From the IMG/VR virus record IMGVR_UViG_3300028569_000010: a stretch of 64,000 bases of DNA, one strand, 5' to 3'. Both the position numbers and the translations under genes were made by a program. How positions within the stretch are numbered: the stretch's first letter is position 1; the number at the start of each line of letters is the position of its first letter. The notes below the pieces were generated by a model. The model searched no databases. It saw nothing but the letters and a program-made list of their open reading frames with translations, and was not told where the DNA came from. This DNA is from an uncultured virus (IMG/VR IMGVR_UViG_3300028569_000010) (Duplodnaviria; Heunggongvirae; Uroviricota; Caudoviricetes). Positions 40,001 to 48,600 of the stretch are shown here, piece after piece.

Positions 40001-43000
40001 CCTGTGGGTTGAATAACTAAAAGTTTGTTTTCAATCTGTAGTGGTGGATCTGCATAATATTTATACAATACATTATTTTGGTCCATGATTTGTTTTAATT
40101 CAAGATCAAAAAATGCCATAGGTTCCATATAAAAGTTATTATATGTACTTTCATTGGGATTAAATTCATCAGCAAAAACTATAACGCAAGTTTTAATCTT
40201 GTTAGTAGAAATTTGATCAAACGTTCTAGAGAATTCTGCATCTGGACCGCCAGCCACAATTATTTCTCTTTGATTAGATCCATAAGATTTAATACCTGAA
40301 TTAATAGCTGTCGCCAAAGATGAACCAAGTTTTCTTCCTTCTTGTCCAGCATTCCACTGTGTTCGCGGGATAGGAAGTCCAGCAATGGGTGATACTGGAC
40401 TTAATAAAGTCGGATAATCTAATACATATCCAGAAGGCAACGTTAACCTATCTTCAATAACCCATCCAGTTTTATCAGAACTTAAAGTGCCACTATTTAA
40501 GCTTGGCTCTGGCAAACGTCTATATACATAAACAGATCCGGCGTTAGTTACGCCGCTACCATTATCAATAAGAGTTTCATTGGGCGCTCCGATGACTAAA
40601 AGATCTTTTGACGTTGCTACAGAATAACCAAATTTTGCGTTTTCCATTCTGTTGTTTGATATTATTTTAGTTCCAGAAAATGCAACATTGTTATTAGTTC
40701 CATATTCCCATTCTTCAAATTTTGGTGGTACTAAATTAAAATTGTCGTTACCAGTTAAAGCTTTGGCTGAAATAAAATATGGGGCGGATGGAACTAATCC
40801 TTCGTACTTTTTAATTCCATAGTAATTACCACTATAGCCAACCGTGTTACCAAAACCAGAAGCCGTTGGATTAGTATATACAGTTTTCGCTCGGAATATA
40901 CCGCCGTCAACACATCTATCTTCAGTCCATTGAGTTTCGTGTGTGTATATTCCCTTTTCTATACATGTGCCGCTACTTGAACAATCTCCCTCACAGATTA
41001 AATCTACTCCGCGAATTTCATTTCCTACTGGTATGCTGGCATAGACATTATCATCAATTTTAATATTAACGCCTGGACGTATTCCATTCCATATAATTTG
41101 TCGTTCACCCGACTTTAGTATGGTATCAAGATATCCGTCTAATCTCATATCTAAAGAATTAGAAACATCATAAGTAGTAAAATAATTAGTTGTATGTAGG
41201 TTAAAATAAGAGTCAGTGACAGTTAGATCTGTGACTTCTGTATATAAATTAAATATGGTGCTATATTTTAAAATTACCGCTTCAGCTTCAGATGGTCTTA
41301 CAAACAGTGGTAAATATGAAGTCTCTTTGTTAAAGATATCATAAGTTACCATAGGCATGGAAGAGTTTTGTGCGTAAATTTGTTGTATAGGACCAACAGT
41401 ATGTAGATTTAAAAATTCATTATCTACATATTGACCAGAAATATACAAGTTAATAGCGTTTGGATCAATTGAACCAAATAACATATCGTCAGAACCAAAG
41501 CTATTACCAACAGATCCACCTATGTATATAGGTATAGAGTTTTGATCAAGGCCAGAAACAGAAGATATATACAAGCTAACTACCTGTGGGTCTACTTTAT
41601 AAATTGGCCCTCCGCTTACATTGAGAATCAAATTATCAAATGATTCTTCGTGTGGTCTTACTACTAAGTCAAGGAAATTAAATTCATATTTTTGTCCATT
41701 GGTAACAAAATCTATAAACGAATTATTGTCTTGCTGTTTAGATATATAGTTATTTAGTTTTACATTAACTGAATTAATTCTAAGTCTAGATTCATATGGA
41801 GTACCAGATGGATAAGCTATATCATACTGTATAAACATCTTGTCTAAGTCAGATGAAAAATATTTATGATTAAATTCACTAATGCGTTTTTCTTCTGGAA
41901 ATATAGACCAAGATTCAGACTCATCAACAAAAGAATCAAAATCAAATCCTGTTTGTAGTAAACCAATATAATTTTTATTTTCTAAATAATGTATCCCACG
42001 ATTTATTAGGCCAAAGTTTTTAGCACTGTAACTGCTTGGATCTTTATTAGTAGTATATAAACTAACTATGAGTTTGGGGCCGCGTTCACCATTGGGCCAT
42101 ATTATATTACCACTAGATATATGCTCAAAAACAGTTTCTACCATCAAAGAATCTTTAATAAAATTATAACCCTGTGGCAAGTTTTTATTCACTCTAATGC
42201 CAGCAGAATAAAAATTGTCTGGAGCATCGCTTAAGCTTAATCTTAAGAAATCATTTTCAATTTGTGAATGATATGATAAAGCATTAGCATTAAAGCCAGA
42301 TGGTAAAGAAATATGAGTTTTATTTGAATATGGAGATCCATTATTCTTAATGTTGTAATAGATAAAATCATATCCACTTCTTTTAGATAAAGTTCTAAAT
42401 TCGCTAGATGAAAAATCTTTGTGTCTGTAATCACCAAACGACCAATCATCTACGCCTTCGTCAATAAAAGAGTGAAGGTGATGTTTATCATTAAAATTAT
42501 AATGAGCATTAAAAGAGTCAAAAAATCTATTTACATTAATAGTTTTTTGTTGTAGAATAGTATTTCCATCAACTATATTTGCGATATTCGATATACCGCA
42601 GTTGGTAATAAAGCTATTAAAATTACCACTAGATCTTGTATCGTGGCCTAAGATAATTGGGCTAGATCCACTTGTGATAATAAAATTACCCTGAGATGTA
42701 TTTCTCTTTAAGTTCCAACTGTTATAATTTTCTAGTTCGTTGTCTACGTAAAGATTAAGCTTTCTAGAATTATCGCTATTATAAGTTACTAGTACTCCAA
42801 GTGGATATGAATAAGAATTATATGCTACACTATCCTTTACAGTAATTAAGTTTCCACTATTATCTGTAGATTGAGAATATAAATATCCTCCAGAATATCC
42901 TAATAAAAACTGTAAAGTATTATTTGCTGTATACTTAGATGCTATAATTCCAGATTGAAAATTTGCATCAATGTAAGGTGATAGTCTAACAAAAAAAGCA

Positions 43001-45615
43001 AATCCTTCTGATGGATCAAAATTATTAAAAGTTACATTATTGACACCAGATAACAACAGGCAGTTTTCAAAAGAGTCAGCTATCTTGCCGTAAAGTGGAT
43101 TATTATTATAACCACTAATAGCTGTCCAATCTATTGTTCTATAATCGGTTGGGTTATTAAATATTGAAGTTGTATTAAATCTTAATCCAAAATTAGAATA
43201 TAAATTTGCACTATGTTTTAAAACACCAGAACTACCGATTAAATCATCATAAATAACTTGCCCACTAATATTATCAAAATTAAAATAGCCATTTAAGAAT
43301 GGTGAGTCTACATATTCTCTAGTAAAAGCAAAATCTTCGAATTCTAATGTACTAAAAGATGAGTTAGATAAACCTTCTGAACCTTTCCATCTTCTTGAAT
43401 AATTTTGCTTAAAAGTTTCTGGAGAATCATAAGCGTGAGGAATTTCTGATATGGTAGATAATCTATTTGGAGTACTTGAAGTAGAACTATTTTCTTTAAT
43501 GTTTGGATATAGAATAAGATTATTTTTTTGATTATACTGTGGTTCTCCAAGCGTGTGCATAGCTAAAGCATTAGATGGCTTATAATTAATAACAATTTGC
43601 ATAGACGATATAGCAGCGCCACTTGGTAGTGGATATATGTCAAGATGTAGCTGCTCAAAGTATGTACTTAATCCATATTCTGGAGATTGACCTAATCTTC
43701 CTATGTCTGGATAAATCTTTAGTGGTATATTATATTCTCTAAACTCTGTTGAATTAACAACATTGGGGGAAAGTTTATAATGATCACCACCTATATTTAG
43801 AGGCTTAGTCTGAGAAAAATATTGAAATTTATCTGACATTGCCTCATTAGAAAAACCTAGTGAGTCTAGGGGAGCAAAACCAGATTCTTGTGGCACACTT
43901 CCGCTACCACCAATATCATTTTGTAGAAAACCACCAACATCAGATGTAACATTTAATAACTTGTCATCACTATACCCAACAATGTCTATGGCATAATCTC
44001 TAGAGCCAATAGATTTTTTAGCCTTAATTCTTAACGATATATTGTCAACAACGAAGAACTCATTTATTGGCGGTAATTTAACTAGCTCGGCAGTCCTAAA
44101 TGAACTACTTAAACTAGCAAAAGCGCCGCCCCTATAAACTAATAATGATTCTAGTGTTTTATGCGTGAATACTAAATGTAACTTACCAGAGTCTGCAATA
44201 GAACTAGATATTAATTCAATATAATCACTGTTGTCATCATTAATAATACTATTAACAAGTATATTAGAAGACGATGTTGTGTTATTTAATATTCTTGTTC
44301 CACTGCTACTTGGCGCAGACCCCCAAACCGTATCAACCTTTGGAAATACATTATTGCTATAACTAGATGGTAATAATACTTGTGGACTTAAAAATCTTTC
44401 TATCCTATCTCCAGTTTTGCGAACTTCAGTATAAAAATTTAAGTAAGTGTCATTTATTATATTTGCTGCACCAAAATTAAATATTTCAATTTCTGATATT
44501 CTTATACTATTAACTGGATTTAATGCCTCTTGCGACCTTGTAGAAAATGGAGAGCCGATGCTTAAATAATCATCATCATCAACAACTACATTATTATTTG
44601 ATATTTTATCATCAAACCCCTCATTAAATCCCGCAGTAAATGGAGCATCATTACTATCTATAACAATATCAAACGTGATAGTATAATCACCATTAGAATT
44701 TAGTATTGGATAATTTAAATCTTGAGTAGCTAATGTTGCATTATTTTTTATTGGCCTAGTTATATATGTTGTATAACTAATTTGATCTGGAGTATTATCA
44801 AAATTAGAATCACCGCGCACATCAATATCTCTATATTGGATTATTAAATTGCCGCTTGGATCTTCAAACTTAATATTTGATATAGTGTATTTATATGGGT
44901 TTTGGTCTGGATCATTAGGACTATAAAATGGGGCAGCTGCCCTAATAAATAATCTACTTTCTTTGGGTGTTAATCTAGGATTTTCTACGACTGCCTTATA
45001 TCTATAATGTCCACCAAGATAAATCGAAGATGGTAGAATATAAGATAGTGTATCGCTTATTGTTCTACCGTCGTTTCTAAAGTCACCAACAAATATGCCG
45101 CCGTTTATACTGTTAAAAAGATTTTCAGTTTGTAATTTTTCATTTACCAATACTTGACCGCTAAGAGAAGTTATTAAATCTTGCACCGGGTACAGTTTTT
45201 GAGTACCGTTGACGGGTGCAGCAAAGAAGTTATCATTATTATTTGCTTGTTCTTCTATATTGTCTAAGAATACATCCCCGCTTATTTTGTCGGCTACGCT
45301 ATTTAAACTAGATGCAGTAGATAAGATAGATTTAGAACTAAGTGTTAGACTTATATTTGGCCTAATAGATGTGCTAGTCAAAAGACTAGAAATAATATTT
45401 TGGGTAATATTGTAATTTTGTTTAGGAATACTAGCACTTGAAATAAGTTTAGTTAAACCTAAATCGCTAATATATAAACCAAATTTAGATGAAAGTGCAA
45501 TTCTTTGATTATAAGACATCTGAACAGTCAAGTCTGCCCCTAAGAAGCTAGAAGCAACTATATTAACTGGGCCTTCGCCGTTTAATCTAGATGAGCAAAA
45601 ACAGAATGTAGGCAT
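34090..45615 (-). CDS. Giant (3841 aa) adhesin-like virion protein with FG-GAP repeats and a LamG-like domain
   Basis: FG-GAP repeats FGYSVA..LVIGAP..AGSVYVY, FGKSVSI..IGSP, FGYSIAL..VVGSP, FGASLDI..LVGAP, FGNSVAI..ISAP; LamG-like segment near 42600-43060. Confidence 0.75.
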   Translation of the reverse strand: MPTFCFCSSRLNGEGPVNIVASSFLGADLTVQMSYNQRIALSSKFGLYISDLGLTKLISSASIPKQNYNITQNIISSLLTSTSIRPNISLTLSSKSILSTASSLNSVADKISGDVFLDNIEEQANNNDNFFAAPVNGTQKLYPVQDLITSLSGQVLVNEKLQTENLFNSINGGIFVGDFRNDGRTISDTLSYILPSSIYLGGHYRYKAVVENPRLTPKESRLFIRAAAPFYSPNDPDQNPYKYTISNIKFEDPSGNLIIQYRDIDVRGDSNFDNTPDQISYTTYITRPIKNNATLATQDLNYPILNSNGDYTITFDIVIDSNDAPFTAGFNEGFDDKISNNNVVVDDDDYLSIGSPFSTRSQEALNPVNSIRISEIEIFNFGAANIINDTYLNFYTEVRKTGDRIERFLSPQVLLPSSYSNNVFPKVDTVWGSAPSSSGTRILNNTTSSSNILVNSIINDDNSDYIELISSSIADSGKLHLVFTHKTLESLLVYRGGAFASLSSSFRTAELVKLPPINEFFVVDNISLRIKAKKSIGSRDYAIDIVGYSDDKLLNVTSDVGGFLQNDIGGSGSVPQESGFAPLDSLGFSNEAMSDKFQYFSQTKPLNIGGDHYKLSPNVVNSTEFREYNIPLKIYPDIGRLGQSPEYGLSTYFEQLHLDIYPLPSGAAISSMQIVINYKPSNALAMHTLGEPQYNQKNNLILYPNIKENSSTSSTPNRLSTISEIPHAYDSPETFKQNYSRRWKGSEGLSNSSFSTLEFEDFAFTREYVDSPFLNGYFNFDNISGQVIYDDLIGSSGVLKHSANLYSNFGLRFNTTSIFNNPTDYRTIDWTAISGYNNNPLYGKIADSFENCLLLSGVNNVTFNNFDPSEGFAFFVRLSPYIDANFQSGIIASKYTANNTLQFLLGYSGGYLYSQSTDNSGNLITVKDSVAYNSYSYPLGVLVTYNSDNSRKLNLYVDNELENYNSWNLKRNTSQGNFIITSGSSPIILGHDTRSSGNFNSFITNCGISNIANIVDGNTILQQKTINVNRFFDSFNAHYNFNDKHHLHSFIDEGVDDWSFGDYRHKDFSSSEFRTLSKRSGYDFIYYNIKNNGSPYSNKTHISLPSGFNANALSYHSQIENDFLRLSLSDAPDNFYSAGIRVNKNLPQGYNFIKDSLMVETVFEHISSGNIIWPNGERGPKLIVSLYTTNKDPSSYSAKNFGLINRGIHYLENKNYIGLLQTGFDFDSFVDESESWSIFPEEKRISEFNHKYFSSDLDKMFIQYDIAYPSGTPYESRLRINSVNVKLNNYISKQQDNNSFIDFVTNGQKYEFNFLDLVVRPHEESFDNLILNVSGGPIYKVDPQVVSLYISSVSGLDQNSIPIYIGGSVGNSFGSDDMLFGSIDPNAINLYISGQYVDNEFLNLHTVGPIQQIYAQNSSMPMVTYDIFNKETSYLPLFVRPSEAEAVILKYSTIFNLYTEVTDLTVTDSYFNLHTTNYFTTYDVSNSLDMRLDGYLDTILKSGERQIIWNGIRPGVNIKIDDNVYASIPVGNEIRGVDLICEGDCSSSGTCIEKGIYTHETQWTEDRCVDGGIFRAKTVYTNPTASGFGNTVGYSGNYYGIKKYEGLVPSAPYFISAKALTGNDNFNLVPPKFEEWEYGTNNNVAFSGTKIISNNRMENAKFGYSVATSKDLLVIGAPNETLIDNGSGVTNAGSVYVYRRLPEPSLNSGTLSSDKTGWVIEDRLTLPSGYVLDYPTLLSPVSPIAGLPIPRTQWNAGQEGRKLGSSLATAINSGIKSYGSNQREIIVAGGPDAEFSRTFDQISTNKIKTCVIVFADEFNPNESTYNNFYMEPMAFFDLELKQIMDQNNVLYKYYADPPLQIENKLLVIQPTGSFSNIYYDNYTRGNYLYQTLIPRSNTKAYLSNKQSIDEDMLRRTIDVFLEAFPPNDQEVHNNIPITIGIYCDNSKSLNRKAVEPLITNFSNWYREYSYASGLTNFYNTPTSGNVYEFFPSFNLAEDWKVMSKIILNNLLDTGRISNNNETFLFAESFGLGSINTNLQEFNFTPSLGGRVYVFEKESGSWNIVQELKNTSDFKYNGFGKSVSISDDSLNVLIGSPYVNEACHMLVYDPEVKDTIYNTLGSWLNYRNKINLLNIYNATSGNQYNKGFHTYGKLSQKEKFDYRQDTTFWGGNLPKEYKTNFIYNYDDIPYTGGEYKGWVLGQINTCRLGWSTAINEDGSVIAFGSPTDSLNRFDDTDLWYGALNTSNQSGLFPSEQYAGSVRVFQSRNYYSHNKVVSFSRFGNVGEESGDIEILGNIFNGGLNTPSYKKLEFSEIEIPKDAGLAFITTPSLDAASDEIISNIKDWLSLGDRTLVLVGNDPIYEDNGKYFQSNEIINKILSKLDSRMRLHPAKNKYEALAENNNCNQINILPSFQPVDITPTTVNYRQNFTGYGAADIRMHVPNHKTLYMPFCDFFNDRCQLPLAHNGDLRASFSVKYESKDRRGRKKLNGATINWARLFKSYKPSDYTSDSSFNNPWKYSSIYNLPNQEPRPLLVAGEYTQPYTLFYPAEPAESGLFPIYQTRTVQLPDLIENNTVYYWDAENVKDYNNQIQFLYNFQSGSIIYNGDFFDPLPSDRFDPIIQGKADIRQFDPVLRPRQIADRQVLCAEEIYTTPDDVGHNSQVALLATVLSESKNNLLGGSQDINIQFYTNLITVNESDVSKLRKNDYQCITPSIIGIIGGWTGRSSFKDGYIESFLAELFFDIDSIQADVQVFTGEIPSYINVCWIPNTKNAQPSDLDIVNIKNWLNLGGKKLIVTFDDSSASALAVRNLSNKLNINTQPVYLNAAGRFASSYDRLNAGENDDIPRFNNDSSVIKSCLSSLNNETIAIDSFYPDSLFDAGFGHSPFTPIQGKYYYQTKDTVKDVITRPFPIHDNEFIDVPAIWEIDGSASIDIPVIQNSGYTIFINYISEFENEILPINIYSPNFSNNPDPNPDDEGNQISFNTSLSNSGRSLLQTSTFTGRARNDFIRINFDTRNGNIGLLNSTNYVPHTHRIVSISGVFHPIGNASFVRRIPRTSFITEIVGQQWLMTYGGRAEYSVTIPAKLRPIMNNNTKYCEDICAYNNANGLVSEFYEPPRSPNGLPAPESFIFYCDKYEIKKNFDFNEGGYLDSPSLISTISCSNKEIEDGPVVAAQEEEHFSVFFNGHKRSNIILISDKSLVQGSCTLNNGLIKSNVINFISSLYPNNAPAELTQRGGKRFNISSKIISPERGSPVRYFHASGLTGLHSAFGGSTTKNTLILNQYSTNLSSINPGSVQRKQKSGKEQEDLENFYGDIVNNNSYIRWGASGVVFEGPDGRKQIVDRSQYSDSINGKIPRTVSKLGKDFIDIEHNDILFSGFVGDLFGYSIALYKNKLVVGSPFAGFSNENSVYNWSSGNSSNLQLSKYGGAGVVYIYENDNSGVNEIGQASRWSFKQKLRPQTINAGQDITNYQSSLSTIGTHNYSSGLLFSSSLHPDKFGASLDIDGDMLLVGAPFHDFSNYVEDIYNSGTAFIRKEFDFQFNIPLHKVTDLGSSQNRILYSGTPVLNRGAVFSYENEINNWQFKTQSWTLKEKLVPQGYNSNLQNYSENNMFGNSVAIERVDRVDAKYNAIISAPSHKYGLNVSSSGIDKAGSIHIYDGMIRNQPPAISNKNMWLNAKIFSDDKDLSEVVIDVDKSKYDKSNIEVISTGIVFTNSEGELYLEGSGLDGNQYGNIENRPYIESVYGQLLQGSKIENGIALFNAGPDQHIKSSGYMLLQVVAPSSAYVYNTLDFYTGSIISSGTRSLNLFNNAGTISGINNSLNIYTSGQGLLPSTLLLRGQGK
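34255..34264 (-). promoter_or_regulatory. TGTGTATAAT promoter-like motif
   Basis: Exact copy of the 3603 motif, inside the 3' end of the giant gene, about 170 nt upstream of ATG 34086. Confidence 0.35.
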
Positions 45616-45624
45616 TAATTGTCC

Positions 45625-48600
45625 TTATAATACAGATGTTCTTCCAAATTTAATATTACCAACATTATTTACTTTTACACCTTGTAACTTTTGTCCTAAG
45701 TCTTCCATCAATTGTTGTTTTAATCCATCAGCCATACTTTGTAGGAATTGACCGCCGTTAATATTTAGGTTTACATCACCCAACTTGTGTGAAACCTCAG
45801 TATTGCCCAACTTACCAACTTGCTCTGAGAAATTCTCCATAAATCCATCGAATCCTGACATGAATTTACCTAGTTGCTTAGAAAGTTTTTGTACATCAAA
45901 ATTAACGTTAGATATATTTCTTTCATTTTGAACAACTTTGTTTTGTGTATCCTGAGTTTGTAATGACTGTGGAGAGCTTGTTAATTGTTTAAATATATTG
46001 GGAATAGACGATGGGTTGTTATTTAATCTTTGTGCATTAGCTGTATATTGCCCATTATTAATAGATCTCAAGAAAGAGAGATTATCACCACGATTTACAG
46101 CACCCCTATTTACTACAAACTCGCCGGGAGTTAACATCGCTGGAACGGTATCTGTTCCCTTTGGAACAAAGTTAATAAGCTGTCCTTTACTAGCATACAC
46201 GATTCCGCCACGACTTCTGTTTTGAGGTTGGTTATTTAATATATCTGTATTTAAACCAGCATTTTGAATTTTTAATTCTGCCGTGGCTATATTCATTTCA
46301 GCGCGTGATACTTCCATAGCCGCCATTTCTGCACCAGTAGCACCGGCTTCACCTAATAATCCACCGTATTCTCTTAATCGCCTATTACTAGCCTCTTCTT
46401 CTTGGGTAGTACCAGCTAAGATTTGTGCCATTCTTGGGTTTTGTATACCTCTTGATCCTAGAGATGCTGTTGCGGAAGACTCTAGTAATCCACCAGCACC
46501 AGCAATTCTTTGACCAAATAGCTCAGTAACTCCAGCCTCTTTCTGTCTTTGTAAATTCTGATAAGCTCCACCTAAAGCCTGTCCACCAAATTGGTTAATA
46601 GCAGCTTGATTGCCAGTACCTATAGCGGCAGTTGCTCCTACAGCAGCCTGTTGTTCAAAAAACTTATCAATATCTCCAGCCAATAGTGATTCTAGAGAAT
46701 CTTTCTCTAGTTTATTTTTCTCTTTAGTTAACTTAAGCTGTTCTTCTTCTGCTGATATTAAATCTCTAATGAGTTTAACTTGATCCTGTTGAGCTTTTTT
46801 GAGATTTTCTCTAATTGCTTCATCTTTGACGCCTTGTTGGCCCGACACTTTACCCTGCAAAGCCTTTTGTTCTAGTGCAGCAAAATTACCACGAATTTGA
46901 TTTAATCCAGCGCGTAAAGATGCGGGATCTGAACCCCTTATATCACCTACGCCAGCAATTCTTCTACCAGCGTTTGCGCTTTCAATTGCCGCTTGTCTTT
47001 TTATTTCTGGAGTGACAGCCCTGCCACCGTATTTAGATTGTATTTCAAGACCTTCTAAGTTTAATGCTATAGACTGACGTTGGGCTTCAACAAAAGATCG
47101 CTCAGACTCAATTCTTTGCTTGTATAAAGTATTTAATTCAGAATTTACCTTTTGCAAATCAGATATCATCTGATTTACCTCTTTAGTCATACCAACACCA
47201 GCCTCATCTAATTTCTTAAGCAAGAAACTATAATCACCAGCAGCAATTTGCTCCCTTTCTTTGTCGCCAATCTCAATATCGCCTAAAGCATCACCAATTC
47301 TTTTACGAGCCTCATCACCAATTCCAGAATCTTTTAACTGTTGATCAACTAATGTACGAAATTTATCTCCTGCTGCTTCTGGACTCATGTTTGTAAATCC
47401 ACCAGCTTTAATGTCCTCTTTTAATTGATCAAAAATGCCACCAGCATTTCTCTGAACTTGTGCTAAAGCTGTAAGATTATCCTTAAATTTTGCAACTTGT
47501 TGATCACTAGCGCCAAGAGATTGCATAGTTCCTGTAACATCATTTAATGCGTTATTGAAATCGTTTTGGCTAATGTTTGCTCCAGCAGCGGTAAGGGCAG
47601 CTGTTAATGTATTAGCAGATTGAGCGACAGCCAAATTGCCAGCTTGTAGCCCAGCGGTAAAATTTGTAACAGAATTTACAGCAGCGCCAGTTACAGAAGT
47701 TACATTTCTCAAACCGAGATTCATTGCTTCAAATTGTTTTCTAGCAATTTCAACTTCTTTAGCGGTATTACCAAAAGCTTCTTTAAGTAATTTTAGTTCT
47801 GCTGGATTTTGATTATAAACCGCTTGTAATTCTTTTGGTAAACTAGCAAAAAAATCAGCAAAATTACCGCCAGCCACAGCTATATTTCTAGCTTGAGCAT
47901 TAATAGCTGGTGCCGCTTCTGATAATACTTTATCTTTATTTTCATTCGCTTTCTTAATTGATTCATCTCTATCTTTTTTCTCTTTGGCTGTATCTTGCGG
48001 TAAACGAGTTGCCATAGATTGAGCATTAGCAACAGATTGTGCCTGTCCAGAAAATTGGTTTAATACTTCTTTTGCACTTTTTCTACCTTCTGATAAATCC
48101 TTAAGAGCTTGGGTAGTCTGTTTAGCTTGGTCTTGCATTAACTTCATTGTATGAGAAGTAGCAGCCGTAGCTTGAGCAAACTGCTGAATGGTTGAAGTAC
48201 TCTGTATCCAACCACCAGTTAAGCTTGATAAAATATCCCTAGTTCCATTTGCAAAATTTTCCAAATTACCAGTAGCATACAATACTATTGCTCCAATTCC
48301 AACTATAGCAGCCGCAGCAATCGCTAATGGTACAACGAGAGAATATAAAGCAGTTGAAAGTCCAGCCAGTGGAGGTATCATTGATGTTACAGATGCTAAG
48401 AATAAAGGCACGATTGCAGCAACTGCCACAATACCACCAGCAAAAATACCACCACTATTAATAATATCTTCTTCAGCTGTTTTTCTAGCTGATAAAGTAC
48501 CAACTAATGCTATATTTCCATCTGCCATTGCCTTGTCATATTCTGCAACTGTTGTGCTAGTAGAATACAAAATACCAGCAGCTGCTGAAAATGCGGAAGC

